From assembly GCA_033648345.1 (NCBI GenBank), contig GCA_033648345.1_4121.1: DNA of 64,000 bases. One strand, written 5' to 3'. The DNA comes from a phage. Shown here piece after piece: positions 31,098 through 43,189 of the stretch (within the stretch, counting starts at the first letter, position 1; each line of letters begins with the position of its first letter). The notes below the pieces were generated by a model. That model did not search any database, was not told where the DNA came from, and saw only the letters and a list, made by a program, of their open reading frames with translations. The position numbers and the translations under genes are program-made.

Positions 31098-31670
31098 ATG
31101 GCTGGTGTTGATAAAATTTGTGAATTCAGTGGCGATTATGAAGGTTACGAGATGTACAAGTCCAAGCGTAATCACATTCAAGTACTGTCAAAGTACCGTA
31201 AAGAATTCCGAGGCCACAAAGCAACATTGTATGTTTTTGAGAATGGATATTCTGAAGTTTTCACAAGTGGTGGGTATAGTACAGCTAACATGGCACATAT
31301 CAACCCAAACCCAACTGAAGATGATTGGAATAGTGGTAACGCTTTTCGTATTTCAATTTTGAATAAAATGAATCGTTACGACCGTTATTGTACATTCTTT
31401 GAAAATATTTCAGAATACAAGCAAGCATTAAAGAAATATAATCAACGCTTACTAATGAATTATGATTACATTCTTCATGTTCCTACTGTTCCAGGTCAGG
31501 TTAATGGTCTGTATACGAACAGTACACATGATTTAACTGCGGTGAAGCGTCGCCTCAAACGTATGTTGGGTTGTGGTAATTTAACAATCAAGGTTATGCG
31601 TAATGAATCAATGTATAACTTTTTAAATGTACTACACTACACATTGAAGGATAATAATGGAAACGATTAA
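31098..31670 (+). CDS. hypothetical protein
   Basis: Start at ATG after GAGGA RBS and TGtATAAT -10 at about 31056. Confidence 0.45.
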   Translation: MAGVDKICEFSGDYEGYEMYKSKRNHIQVLSKYRKEFRGHKATLYVFENGYSEVFTSGGYSTANMAHINPNPTEDDWNSGNAFRISILNKMNRYDRYCTFFENISEYKQALKKYNQRLLMNYDYILHVPTVPGQVNGLYTNSTHDLTAVKRRLKRMLGCGNLTIKVMRNESMYNFLNVLHYTLKDNNGND

Positions 31671-31854
31671 GTTTATGTTTGAGGTGTTTGTTGCATTCAT
31701 CTTATGTGCTGTATCTATTGCTATTGCTTTAATCCCAGTAATCGTTTACCAAGTTAATGGTGGTACAGACCCAACAGTTGATCTGTTTCTTCGTTGCGTG
31801 GGATTCTGCATATGGTTGGCGATGTTTATGTACTATATGCATCGTGAGGATTGA
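31657..31854 (+). CDS. small hypothetical membrane protein
   Basis: 65 aa, two hydrophobic helices. Confidence 0.35.
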   Translation: METIKFMFEVFVAFILCAVSIAIALIPVIVYQVNGGTDPTVDLFLRCVGFCIWLAMFMYYMHRED

Positions 31855-32687
31855 TTATGTCATTGGAAAAAGTAATTATTTCTGAATTCCGAAAGTACAT
31901 CATTGATTGTGATAGAGATACCCAGCGTAAGTTCAATGAGTATCTTGACAAATATCCATATTTGATGTTTAATCCATTTGAAACTCAATCCGATGTTAAT
32001 CTTGGATTTTACATTGGGTTTACACAACGAATTCTACAACAATATGAGATGAAACAGCCAGAGGTTTGGGTAGAAACTGATTCGAATGAGACGAATGTTT
32101 TTTATCTGTACTCTTATTATGCGGAAATTGTTAGTTCAATGACGCTAGAAGGGTATCTATTCGTCAAAACATCTGATATTGAAAAAATATACATAGAACC
32201 TGTATCTTTGGATATGGTTGCCCAGCTTCCAACAGTTCAATATTTGGATGCAAATGAGTTGACATATTCGGTGTTTGAGTACCTTAACCGAGACGATTTA
32301 ACTCAAGAAATTGAGAATATGGTTTCAAAATATACCACAACTCTTATATCTAATGGTTCACTTAGAATAGAACTGATTTACGACGATACTAGTACTAATG
32401 CAGTACGAGGAACTCGAATTGGAAAAGTTACTATACGTGTTGTCCACAATGATGTAGTACTTGGTTATATTTCGAAACGTGGTCATGACTTGTGTTTGAT
32501 TAACACATATGTTATTGAACGAAAAGAATGGAACGATTTAATGCAAAAAATCGTAGACGGAAGTGGAATTCGTGATATAATGTGTAATGAGGTAGTGACA
32601 ATGAATCCTGACATTGACTGTGATGTATATTTCCCAGTTCCTGGATTTACTCTACGTAATTTTGGTACATTAAAGGGTACAAAATGA
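31851..32687 (+). CDS. hypothetical protein
   Basis: 278-aa ORF. Confidence 0.5.
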   Translation: MIMSLEKVIISEFRKYIIDCDRDTQRKFNEYLDKYPYLMFNPFETQSDVNLGFYIGFTQRILQQYEMKQPEVWVETDSNETNVFYLYSYYAEIVSSMTLEGYLFVKTSDIEKIYIEPVSLDMVAQLPTVQYLDANELTYSVFEYLNRDDLTQEIENMVSKYTTTLISNGSLRIELIYDDTSTNAVRGTRIGKVTIRVVHNDVVLGYISKRGHDLCLINTYVIERKEWNDLMQKIVDGSGIRDIMCNEVVTMNPDIDCDVYFPVPGFTLRNFGTLKGTK

Positions 32688-32974
32688 AAATTTTAGAAGT
32701 CTTACTTGAAAAGGATGCATCCGGCACTCTTTATGTTGGTAATGAGTTCAGTCCTGATCCAATTGATATGATGCAGCGTATTCAAACACTGACCCAATCA
32801 ATTTCAGTTAAACAACCTTTCCTAAAAGAATTGGAAATTCACTGCGATAAAGATATGGAACAACATGATAATGTTATTTCTGATATCAAAAGTCTATTGA
32901 CAAAGAATGGATATGTGGAGTATAATCCTTCTATCGTAATCGTTATCCCTGACTTTATGAAAGGAACATTGTAA
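32684..32974 (+). CDS. hypothetical protein
   Basis: 96-aa ORF. Confidence 0.45.
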   Translation: MKILEVLLEKDASGTLYVGNEFSPDPIDMMQRIQTLTQSISVKQPFLKELEIHCDKDMEQHDNVISDIKSLLTKNGYVEYNPSIVIVIPDFMKGTL

Positions 32975-33243
32975 TGACTAAAGAAGAAATGAAATCTCGC
33001 CTAAGCGAACTTAAGAAAGAACGAAAACTAGTCCGTTTGGACTGGGACATTCTTAACAAAAAAGATGAGCAATCATATGCTAACTGGAGTTCCGATAAAG
33101 TTCGCAATGACCGTTCCAAAGAAGACGCTAAACAGTTTATGGCATTGACCAAACGTTTATCTTCACTGAATAGTGAAATTACAGGTCTTCAAAAGGAAAT
33201 TATTTCAATTCTTCAAGTGGAGATCAACTCACTGTATGAATAA
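32974..33243 (+). CDS. hypothetical protein
   Basis: 89 aa, predicted coiled coil. Confidence 0.45.
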   Translation: MTKEEMKSRLSELKKERKLVRLDWDILNKKDEQSYANWSSDKVRNDRSKEDAKQFMALTKRLSSLNSEITGLQKEIISILQVEINSLYE

Positions 33244-33532
33244 ACATGAAGTGATTCATTTTGATGGTAAGATTTATGTACCAAACAATGATAGTACTGA
33301 ATCTTATTATCTAATCAATGCAATTATGTCAGAAACACAAACATGTTGCCGTCAGCGTCCAGGTGAGTATGAGTTCAGTCAGACCATTGGTTATTATCGT
33401 TATACTGAACTTGATAAATTTACAATCGATTCTAAAAAAGTTATTGACGTTCTCACGAAGAACGGATATAATGAATCCGAATCAAACGAAACAGAGTTAC
33501 CAGTTGTGAAATTTGTTCTAAAAAATAATTAA
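33236..33532 (+). CDS. hypothetical protein
   Basis: Start at MNKHEV overlapping upstream stop. Confidence 0.4.
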   Translation: MNKHEVIHFDGKIYVPNNDSTESYYLINAIMSETQTCCRQRPGEYEFSQTIGYYRYTELDKFTIDSKKVIDVLTKNGYNESESNETELPVVKFVLKNN

Positions 33533-33649
33533 TTTTTGGGACAACACTGAAAAGCATGATATAATGTATATTATCGGCAGATGTAAAAATGCAAACCATT
33601 CCTCAATGATGAGGGTTTTTCATAAAAAAGAAATAAAAGGGTATTAAAA

Positions 33650-33859
33650 ATGGCTAAAGAAACTAACGCACAAGTACTAGATATCACCGACTTCGACCGC
33701 ACTGTGAACTACATTCAGTTCCAGATTCATCAAGCTGAAGAAGCTCTCGCAGTATTCCACGGTACTGGTGCAAGGCCAATCCGTTTTGCTCATCTAATTG
33801 CATGGAAGAAAAGTCTACAAGAAGAACTTTCTGAACTGCGTAAAGCAAACCGTAAGTAA
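33650..33859 (+). CDS. hypothetical protein
   Basis: 69-aa ORF. Confidence 0.4.
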   Translation: MAKETNAQVLDITDFDRTVNYIQFQIHQAEEALAVFHGTGARPIRFAHLIAWKKSLQEELSELRKANRK

Positions 33860-33865
33860 TTGATT

Positions 33866-33894
33866 TCCTGCCTCATCAATGTTGATGGGGCTTT
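33866..33894 (+). terminator. rho-independent terminator
   Basis: gcctcatcaa-tgt-tgatggggc hairpin then TTTTT. Confidence 0.55.
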
Positions 33895-33923
33895 TTAATA
33901 AAATACAAACTGAGGATATATTA

Positions 33924-34430
33924 ATGAGTGTTGAATATTGGTTTTTGTTTATATGTCTTGGTACACTAGTACTGATTACATTGGGCTTAATCTTCAATAC
34001 GGTAATCAGTGGTAGTAATTACTTCAAGTCATTTCAACTTCTAATGTCAGCAATGCAGTACAGTGACGAGGCAGAAGAAACCACTACGTTGATTTTGAAT
34101 AAACTTGAAGCTAACTTACTGGTTGCTAAAATTTCTTCGTGTAATACAAATATTGTATTTTATGCATCACCCGTGGACATTAATGGGTACGAAATGAGTT
34201 ACCAGCCAGCCGTTGCTGAAATTTTTATTGGTTCTAAGTATTATGCATATGGATATATCCGAAAGTATTATACTGAAGCAAAAGCCGAGCTAACAAAGAA
34301 ACGACCGTCAATTAAGACATTAAAGCGTATCATCGCACTAGAAAAGAAACTACGAGGTGATGTGACAAAAAATGATTCACCCACTGTAGTAAATACAAAG
34401 AAAAAAAATAACGTAGTGGAGTTGGATTAA
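33924..34430 (+). CDS. hypothetical membrane protein
   Basis: Start at ATG after GAGGA RBS; N-terminal TM helix. Confidence 0.45.
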   Translation: MSVEYWFLFICLGTLVLITLGLIFNTVISGSNYFKSFQLLMSAMQYSDEAEETTTLILNKLEANLLVAKISSCNTNIVFYASPVDINGYEMSYQPAVAEIFIGSKYYAYGYIRKYYTEAKAELTKKRPSIKTLKRIIALEKKLRGDVTKNDSPTVVNTKKKNNVVELD

Positions 34431-34735
34431 TGGACGCAGATAAATCAAACAGTATTCTTATTGATGTACAAACGAAGTTATTAGATGTTATGGAAATCAT
34501 CAAAGATTTACCACAAGGATATCAGTTTAAAGTTCGTGAAATGTTATCTTGTGCAGAAACGGTTGTGTCTATGTACAATGATGTGCAGCATGGAATTATC
34601 CCTGAAATTCTTCAAGATGGTCTAAATATTAACACAAAGATTCCAGCACAAGAGCCTGAAGAGGTTGTTCAGCCTGAACCAGAACCTCCTTTACGTAAAG
34701 TACTGGATCTATCTGGTATCAAAATTAACATCTAA
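34430..34735 (+). CDS. hypothetical protein
   Basis: 101-aa ORF. Confidence 0.4.
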   Translation: MDADKSNSILIDVQTKLLDVMEIIKDLPQGYQFKVREMLSCAETVVSMYNDVQHGIIPEILQDGLNINTKIPAQEPEEVVQPEPEPPLRKVLDLSGIKINI

Positions 34736-34915
34736 AATACATTCAATAGGAGAAGTAATGAGTAATCAAAAAATTGACTTAGTAGTAAAACTTCAAGAGA
34801 TTCAAGCACTAGCTAAAGGACTTGATGAAAAACGTGCAGCAGTTGATTCACTGTGTGCAACAATTCTGACTGTTTTTGCAGATTACGAAAAGAAATCTGA
34901 TTAAACATTACTTTA

Positions 34916-34944
34916 TACCCAGTCTAGTACTGGGTATTTTTTTT
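34916..34944 (+). terminator. rho-independent terminator
   Basis: tacccagt-ctagt-actgggta hairpin then T8. Confidence 0.65.
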
Positions 34945-34955
34945 AAGGAAATAAA

Positions 34956-35348
34956 ATGACTGAATCTGAACTACGTGAAATGATAGATTTCATTTATGAA
35001 ATGGTGCAAGATAAAAATAACATTAATACAATTACTACTGGACCAAGACAAATTGGTAATCAAATGACATATTCGTTGTCCTTATGGTTACACCCGAACT
35101 TCAAGGTTGATTGTTTGCATTTTCGTCCTGATATTGATGCTTATTATTTTGTAAATCATGATGCATTAATGAAACCAAATAAGCGTCCAGTTGATGATGC
35201 CTTTGTGACGCACCCATTTTATCTGGCTGATTCCGAAGAAGATGAGTTTCAAAAGAACACAACGTTAAGCCCAGGTGAAATTTGCATCCCTTACACACTA
35301 AAAGATAAAATGATTTACATCACAGAAGTTATGAAAACATGCTGGTAA
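34956..35348 (+). CDS. hypothetical protein
   Basis: 130-aa ORF. Confidence 0.45.
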   Translation: MTESELREMIDFIYEMVQDKNNINTITTGPRQIGNQMTYSLSLWLHPNFKVDCLHFRPDIDAYYFVNHDALMKPNKRPVDDAFVTHPFYLADSEEDEFQKNTTLSPGEICIPYTLKDKMIYITEVMKTCW

Positions 35349-35396
35349 GTGCAATGAAACTCTGATATAATACAAACAATGATAATAGGAGGATAT

Positions 35397-35615
35397 ATGA
35401 AATTTATTAATTTTGATATTTCTAAGGCCAAAGAATTATTTGTAAGAAATGCAGTTTATGATATCATGTTACATAACGGTACTGTACAAGAAGATGTTGT
35501 ATTGTTTTCGTTTGATGGTGAAAATCTCGAAACTATATATAAATTCAGCAACTTAGATGGTGACTTTTGGGAAACCAGTGCTGTTAAAATGTATAGAATT
35601 AAAAAGGAGCATTAA
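35397..35615 (+). CDS. hypothetical protein
   Basis: Start at ATG after AGGAGG RBS. Confidence 0.4.
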   Translation: MKFINFDISKAKELFVRNAVYDIMLHNGTVQEDVVLFSFDGENLETIYKFSNLDGDFWETSAVKMYRIKKEH

Positions 35616-35616
35616 T

Positions 35617-36105
35617 ATGCCAATTCGTGGTGTACCAGAACCATTAATGGAAGTTATTAAGCATGTTCGCATTGGAGATCGAGAAGTTAATCTTCGCCGT
35701 AATAACATTTTTTACTTTAAAACTTCAGAAATGAGTTCTGTACAGATTGTCATTGGTACATCTATTAAGATTACTCGTGTACTTGATGGTAGTACTGACT
35801 TCGTTGAATATAATGTACTTACTAATAAAGTAACGCATATATATAAATGGAGTGGGTATAAAACTATTAAGTATGAATTTGACTTAGCTAGAACTGAAGA
35901 AGAACGATTTATGCTGAGTACTATCAATCCAGCAAACTATCCTGACCTTGATGCATTTTTGCTAATTTTAAAATTGTATAATGAAGCAAATCAGAAAGCC
36001 AAAGATTATGATAGAATCATGTATGAACGCCGAAAAGAACGTGCACAAAAAAGTTATGATCTGTATGATAGCCCATACGTGAAATATAGTAAGGGGTCGA
36101 AATGA
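35617..36105 (+). CDS. FQxS-module family protein (variant)
   Basis: TEEERFMLSTI; start at ATG after AAGGAG RBS. Confidence 0.45.
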   Translation: MPIRGVPEPLMEVIKHVRIGDREVNLRRNNIFYFKTSEMSSVQIVIGTSIKITRVLDGSTDFVEYNVLTNKVTHIYKWSGYKTIKYEFDLARTEEERFMLSTINPANYPDLDAFLLILKLYNEANQKAKDYDRIMYERRKERAQKSYDLYDSPYVKYSKGSK

Positions 36106-36506
36106 ATAAAGAAGTTCAAATTATCATAACTCCACCTATACAAAGTCTGGATGTATCCATTAGTGATTTTTTGGAAAAATACTATGAATGGTTTAATGAA
36201 GATTCAGTAATTTATAACCATTCATTACCTGATGGTTTCGTTGAGCTTATTGAATTAAATGCAAAATCACTATACTTCTGTGTTGAATACAATGATTATA
36301 TGACAGATGAAGTATATCGTTTTCGTTGTACATTGTATCCTAACCATTTTTCCATTGGTTATAAAGACTATCAGTACTGCACCACAAACTATAGTGTAGA
36401 GGAAGAATTTCAGTACAATTTACTTTATCCAGATTTAGATTATACGATTGCAGTGCTGTTGACTAAAATCATGGATTTTTATAAAGATAAATATAATGCA
36501 GCCTAA
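36102..36506 (+). CDS. FQxS-module family protein (divergent)
   Basis: EEEFQYNLL. Confidence 0.4.
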   Translation: MNKEVQIIITPPIQSLDVSISDFLEKYYEWFNEDSVIYNHSLPDGFVELIELNAKSLYFCVEYNDYMTDEVYRFRCTLYPNHFSIGYKDYQYCTTNYSVEEEFQYNLLYPDLDYTIAVLLTKIMDFYKDKYNAA

Positions 36507-36681
36507 GACATTTGATGAGTGGTTTAATCTACACTATAATATAAATGCAGCAGATATATACTATTTTAAGCTTGAATTGTATATATCATTGCGTAACCCA
36601 ATTGAGTACTATAACAACATTATCAATTGTGATGATTTTGGTACATATTTTAGTATAGCAGTCATGGACAAAATAAGATGA
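36496..36681 (+). CDS. hypothetical protein
   Basis: 61-aa ORF. Confidence 0.3.
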   Translation: MQPKTFDEWFNLHYNINAADIYYFKLELYISLRNPIEYYNNIINCDDFGTYFSIAVMDKIR

Positions 36682-36860
36682 CACACAAAGAATGGTTAGA
36701 TGAACTAAAATTTAAACATAATCCTTTTGGTTTTGGTATACGCCAAGGTCATTATGATGTGTTAAAAGATAAACAACTTTTCAAATCATTGGTACTTAAT
36801 GAGGATAGTAATCACTGGTACATCTATGAGCTTGCAATTAGAGACAAAAAAATTGACTAG
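36678..36860 (+). CDS. MTHEEW-family small protein
   Basis: MTHKEWLDEL...GHYDVLKDK...IYELAIRD; paralog of 37406..37576. Confidence 0.45.
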   Translation: MTHKEWLDELKFKHNPFGFGIRQGHYDVLKDKQLFKSLVLNEDSNHWYIYELAIRDKKID

Positions 36861-36905
36861 TACTGATATATATGCTATTCTTTTGTTTTAAGCAGGAGAA
36901 CAATA

Positions 36906-37409
36906 ATGCTCATTACGCATGTACCGGAAAGTATTACTGAGATTTTAAGTAAAATTAATGTTAATGAATTTGAACGAACAGTTCGAAAACAAGGTACTTA
37001 TCACTATAAGCACAAAGATGGTGAACATCAAATAAGCTTAGATCAGAATTATCAAACTCTAACAATTAAAATGGTTACTCGCTGGAATTTTATTCGTAAA
37101 GATACTATTATCTGTGATTTTGGTAAAAGACTACTTAGAAAATGTTTCTCTGAAACAAATGGTATCTATCCAAACCCGAATAGAATTTTCACATATCAAT
37201 ACATCACAGATGAAGATGTACATTTTCAAGAGAGTTTGGTATGTGATAATAAGTACTTTCCCGCATTTTCAGATAATTTGAAGTTAAAAGAACTATATAA
37301 CTATTTCTTAAACGACAATATTCTGTGGGATGAAGAATTAAAACAACGACAGATAGAACGTGAAAAGAAAAAAGTCTGGACTGGTTCACATTGGATGCAA
37401 CGTAAATGA
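36906..37409 (+). CDS. FQxS-module family protein
   Basis: DEDVHFQESLV. Confidence 0.5.
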   Translation: MLITHVPESITEILSKINVNEFERTVRKQGTYHYKHKDGEHQISLDQNYQTLTIKMVTRWNFIRKDTIICDFGKRLLRKCFSETNGIYPNPNRIFTYQYITDEDVHFQESLVCDNKYFPAFSDNLKLKELYNYFLNDNILWDEELKQRQIEREKKKVWTGSHWMQRK

Positions 37410-37576
37410 CACATGAAGAATGGATGTCTATTATGAAAGAACGATATGATCTGTTTGGGAATGGATTTCGTGATGGTCATTACGATATTTTACGAGACAA
37501 ACATCAGTTCGATTTATATGTACTAGATGAGGATGGAAATCGATGGTTCATATATGAGCTTGCATTTAGGGATTAG
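37406..37576 (+). CDS. MTHEEW-family small protein
   Basis: ORF below the track's length cut-off, found by hand: MTHEEWMSIMKERYDLFGNGFRDGHYDILRDK...IYELAFRD. Confidence 0.4.
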   Translation: MTHEEWMSIMKERYDLFGNGFRDGHYDILRDKHQFDLYVLDEDGNRWFIYELAFRD

Positions 37577-37586
37577 AAGATATATT

Positions 37587-37935
<349 letters not shown>

Positions 37936-37948
37936 CGAGGAATCCAAA

Positions 37949-38146
37949 GTGACTAAAGCAGAACTTGTAGCATTATTGGAATCATATCCCGATGATGCAT
38001 GTATTGAAGTTGTTCATAATGCGAGACATTTTGACATTGAAGATGTAGTACGTTATAATGACAAAGGTGTACTCATCATGGAACTATGTATTGGTGAAAT
38101 GAAAACTGTACCCGAATCAGAAAAACGTAAAAATAGTAAACCGTAA
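37949..38146 (+). CDS. hypothetical protein
   Basis: 65-aa ORF. Confidence 0.4.
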   Translation: MTKAELVALLESYPDDACIEVVHNARHFDIEDVVRYNDKGVLIMELCIGEMKTVPESEKRKNSKP

Positions 38147-38156
38147 GGAAAATAAA

Positions 38157-38375
38157 ATGGAATCTACTCTATTAGAAGTTATTAACTCATTAAACGCTGG
38201 CGACAATGTTCAAGTACTCCTTCAGGGATATCGTGTAAAAGGTTCAGTAGTTTTAGTTAATGATACCACTGTTGTTGTAACTGAAACTAACCCGTTTGAC
38301 AGTAATGAACTTGCTAATATCCATATTGATATTAAAAGTATTATTGGTGTTGGTGTAACTAAACCACAAGAATAA
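38157..38375 (+). CDS. hypothetical protein
   Basis: 72-aa ORF. Confidence 0.4.
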   Translation: MESTLLEVINSLNAGDNVQVLLQGYRVKGSVVLVNDTTVVVTETNPFDSNELANIHIDIKSIIGVGVTKPQE

Positions 38376-38396
38376 CAATTGTTATTGGGGATTACT

Positions 38397-38669
38397 ATGC
38401 ATTTTGAAAAATTCAATACAAATCGTAACACACGCATTGACGTTCTTTATGAAACACAAGACTCAATAAGCATTCGTACACGTAGTGGTGATGTATATCA
38501 TGACTGTACTATTGGTTGGGAACAGGGAAGAACACGTAGTGCAGAATTCGATAACTATCGCTTCTACCAAGGGGACACCACAATCTGGCCTGAACACGTA
38601 GAAGATATTGCGATTGAAGATGAACATAAAGATGAATTTATAAAATTTAATCCCGAAACCGAATCATAA
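38397..38669 (+). CDS. hypothetical protein
   Basis: Start at ATG after GGGGA RBS. Confidence 0.4.
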   Translation: MHFEKFNTNRNTRIDVLYETQDSISIRTRSGDVYHDCTIGWEQGRTRSAEFDNYRFYQGDTTIWPEHVEDIAIEDEHKDEFIKFNPETES

Positions 38670-38725
38670 ATATTGGGACAGACCAAAAAGATGTGATATA
38701 ATTATTAACATGATAACAAAAATAC

Positions 38726-39130
38726 ATGGAACGTAAAATGTGGGGAAACGAATATAAATCAAAACAAGGAAATATTGGAGTTGCTCGTGCAATAGATTAC
38801 TATGTCACGAATGGTTATTCAGTGTCGATACCGATGAATGACACACAATCATATGACTTGGTTGTTGATGATAATATTAAATTGTATAGAGTATCCGTAA
38901 AAACAACATCATACAAAGCACCATCTGGAAATTATAATGTCCAACTAAAAAATAGTGGTGGTTCTAGTGGTAAGAGTGTTATACGAAACTTTGATAAAAC
39001 ATCGTGTGACATACTGTTTGTGTTGTGTGATAATAATGACATATATATCATCCCAATTGATGACATTGATGCACATTCAGCATTTACATTAACTGAAGAA
39101 CGTAAGAAATATATTAGAAAATTATATTAA
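38726..39130 (+). CDS. hypothetical protein, possible small PD-(D/E)xK-fold nuclease
   Basis: YDLVVDD ... LYRVSVKTT resembles the D...(E/S)xK core of Hjc/YraN-like nucleases; weak. Confidence 0.35.
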   Translation: MERKMWGNEYKSKQGNIGVARAIDYYVTNGYSVSIPMNDTQSYDLVVDDNIKLYRVSVKTTSYKAPSGNYNVQLKNSGGSSGKSVIRNFDKTSCDILFVLCDNNDIYIIPIDDIDAHSAFTLTEERKKYIRKLY

Positions 39131-39136
39131 AAATAT

Positions 39137-39222
<86 letters not shown>

Positions 39223-39239
39223 CAATTAAAGGTTAAACC

Positions 39240-39400
<161 letters not shown>

Positions 39401-39404
<4 letters not shown>

Positions 39405-39561
39405 CACATGAAGAATGGATGAATGACATTAATTTTAGATATTCGGGTATCGGTAAATGGCTAAAGTATCATTGGGAATTCATTTCAGAGCCACATCTGT
39501 ATGATAAACTTATCAACGATCCAGCATATGAAATGTACTTAATTGAACTACTGGTACGAAT

Positions 39562-39565
<4 letters not shown>
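39401..39565 (+). CDS. MTHEEW-family small protein (tandem copy 2)
   Basis: MTHEEWMNDINFRYSGIGKWLKYHWEFISEP...; ATGA overlap with copy 1. Confidence 0.4.
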
Positions 39566-39733
<168 letters not shown>

Positions 39734-39734
39734 G

Positions 39735-40188
<454 letters not shown>

Positions 40189-40216
40189 GTATCTTAACAA
40201 CAGAAGGTATATTGAA

Positions 40217-40456
40217 ATGGGTAAGTATTTTGTGAGTTATAGTTATAATGTATCACGAAAGATTCCACGTGGTGACGGAATGGGATGGTCTTATGATGCA
40301 TATACTTTAAATGAGTCATGTATCATCGAATTACAAGAAAAAGACCTTGACATTTTAAAAATCAAACAACATATTCTTGATGTTGAATTGGCACATCGTA
40401 CTGATACCTATCCAGATGTAAACAACATCAGCATCTTAGTACTAACCAAAGTATAA
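40217..40456 (+). CDS. hypothetical protein
   Basis: Start at MGKYFVS downstream of promoter copy B (ORF-track start 40187 falls inside the promoter). Confidence 0.4.
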   Translation: MGKYFVSYSYNVSRKIPRGDGMGWSYDAYTLNESCIIELQEKDLDILKIKQHILDVELAHRTDTYPDVNNISILVLTKV

Positions 40457-40534
40457 GATAAAAAGAACTTTACTAAATAATTCCACTGGAGATTAATATG
40501 TTTAAAGATGAACGTCCAGATTTGTAAAAAGTAC

Positions 40535-40563
40535 TTGAATAAATAATTCAGTACTGATATAAT
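40535..40563 (+). promoter_or_regulatory. early promoter driving candidate ncRNA
   Basis: TTGAAT, 17 nt, TATAAT; same ttcagtactg spacer motif. Confidence 0.5.
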
Positions 40564-40569
40564 GAATTC

Positions 40570-40910
40570 CACAATTAGACGTATATGGTGTAAGTTACGT
40601 CGATGTAATCCAGAACAAGATCTCTGGTACTCTAGGAAGTGGTGAATGTTAACCTAGACGGGTTTGATAATTGGACGATAGGCAATTATTACTTGACTAG
40701 CAGGTTTAAACTAGAGGTGACAGTCCTTCACCAAACTGGAAAACCGGATGGACTTTTATTTAAAAGGGTAAGGCGTGGAAATATGTTTACAGAAGTTGCT
40801 TTTAGTAGCCTGTACGCCCCACGTCAAGGTAGCCGAAAGGCAAGTTAAAACGGGTGGTTATAAAGCTGAATTAACAGCGGCGTTTAAAAGCGTCACCATC
40901 CATTTTTTTT
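40570..40910 (+). ncRNA. candidate structured noncoding RNA (about 340 nt), function unknown
   Basis: Promoter-proximal, ends at T8 run; several local hairpins (gacgta..tacgtc, ggtga..tcacc, gcc-GAAA-ggc); only ORF inside is an Arg-rich 69-codon frame. Confidence 0.3.
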
Positions 40911-40926
40911 AATTAAAGTTGGTGAT

Positions 40927-41455
<529 letters not shown>

Positions 41456-41456
41456 T

Positions 41457-41574
<118 letters not shown>

Positions 41575-41648
41575 CTTTTTAATTTAAAAGTTTTTTTACT
41601 GTAGTGTTTAGTATCGTATAATGTAATCAAAAGGATAAAATAAAACTC

Positions 41649-42173
<525 letters not shown>

Positions 42174-42207
42174 TAAAAAACAGTACTGATATAATACAAA
42201 CATATTC

Positions 42208-42283
42208 GGCCCTGTATACAATCCAGGAATGTACTCTGCTCATAACAGATGTAAGGTCGGGGCAGCACCGACCAGGGCCACCA
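42208..42283 (+). tRNA. tRNA-like element with CAT anticodon (Met/Ile-type) and non-canonical T-loop
   Basis: Perfect acceptor ggccctg/cagggcc + a + CCA, D-arm taca-atccaggaa-tgta, anticodon loop cTCATAa, T-stem gtcgg/ccgac but loop GGCAGCA. Confidence 0.35.
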
Positions 42284-42389
42284 ATTTTGGACACATTAAT
42301 CTTCGATGGTAATGCTGGTTAATATCTTACGGCTGTAAAATGCAATACATTACATATTGCTTCAGGTACAGAGATATAAAGATTAATTA

Positions 42390-42890
42390 ATGAGGTATCC
42401 TTATTTTGTCCAATCCTTAATAACTAGAAATGGTGGAAAAGAAATGAAAGGTGTTTCAATTTTTTACGATTACCATGAACAAGGTTTACCACATCAGATT
42501 GCTGGAATCTATTCTACGTCTGATAAAACCGAAGAAGAGATGCGTACTGAATTATTGTCGCTAATTGGTGAGAGAAGTTTCCATGAACGTGATCAACCAA
42601 TTTTCATTAACCACACACATTTGTATGCAAAAAGTTTGCTAGGTGAAGAACTTGATAAAAAGGTGGAATACACTTTGAAACAGTTCTTCCCAATCGCACT
42701 TGATGTAGTTGGTTTCAAATCATCGGATTTCAAGTTCATGTACTATGATGTTGAAGCATATGAGTTCACTTGGAACAATCGTTATCATAAACAATTACAC
42801 CAATATCGTTTAGAACTTCAACATGAAGCGGCTGAAGCATATAAAGCAAAACGAGCAGCACAGAAGCTTGAAGGTAACGTACAGAAATGA
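42390..42890 (+). CDS. hypothetical protein
   Basis: 166-aa ORF; true start may be the internal ATG at about 42444. Confidence 0.4.
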   Translation: MRYPYFVQSLITRNGGKEMKGVSIFYDYHEQGLPHQIAGIYSTSDKTEEEMRTELLSLIGERSFHERDQPIFINHTHLYAKSLLGEELDKKVEYTLKQFFPIALDVVGFKSSDFKFMYYDVEAYEFTWNNRYHKQLHQYRLELQHEAAEAYKAKRAAQKLEGNVQK

Positions 42891-43189
42891 TAGAATCTAT
42901 CTTATGTGTACTGTTGCCAATTTTAGTAGTTGCTTTGATATGTCTTTATTATGGTTACAGTACTGTGATTGATAAAAAGCAAGTTTACGTCATTACATTC
43001 AGTACTACGCATCTTGAGTTTGGTAATGTTCACACTGGTGTCACTTATATTGCATACCGTTGTAAGTACTTCCATAAGTTCAAATCTTATGATATGATCT
43101 ATTACTGTGATGAATGCAACGTGAATCGTTATATTGACATAAACGATGAATCGAAAAAATCGTTTTACATTTTTAAAGAATTAAAATAA
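42887..43189 (+). CDS. hypothetical membrane protein
   Basis: N-terminal TM helix, Cys-rich C-terminus. Confidence 0.4.
   Translation: MIESILCVLLPILVVALICLYYGYSTVIDKKQVYVITFSTTHLEFGNVHTGVTYIAYRCKYFHKFKSYDMIYYCDECNVNRYIDINDESKKSFYIFKELK

Noticed and set aside
40639-40848. 69-codon + strand ORF inside the 40.6-40.9 kb structured region
   Set aside because: Arg-rich low-complexity product, no RBS, embedded in hairpin-rich sequence between a promoter and a T8 run; more likely part of a noncoding RNA. Not fully excluded.
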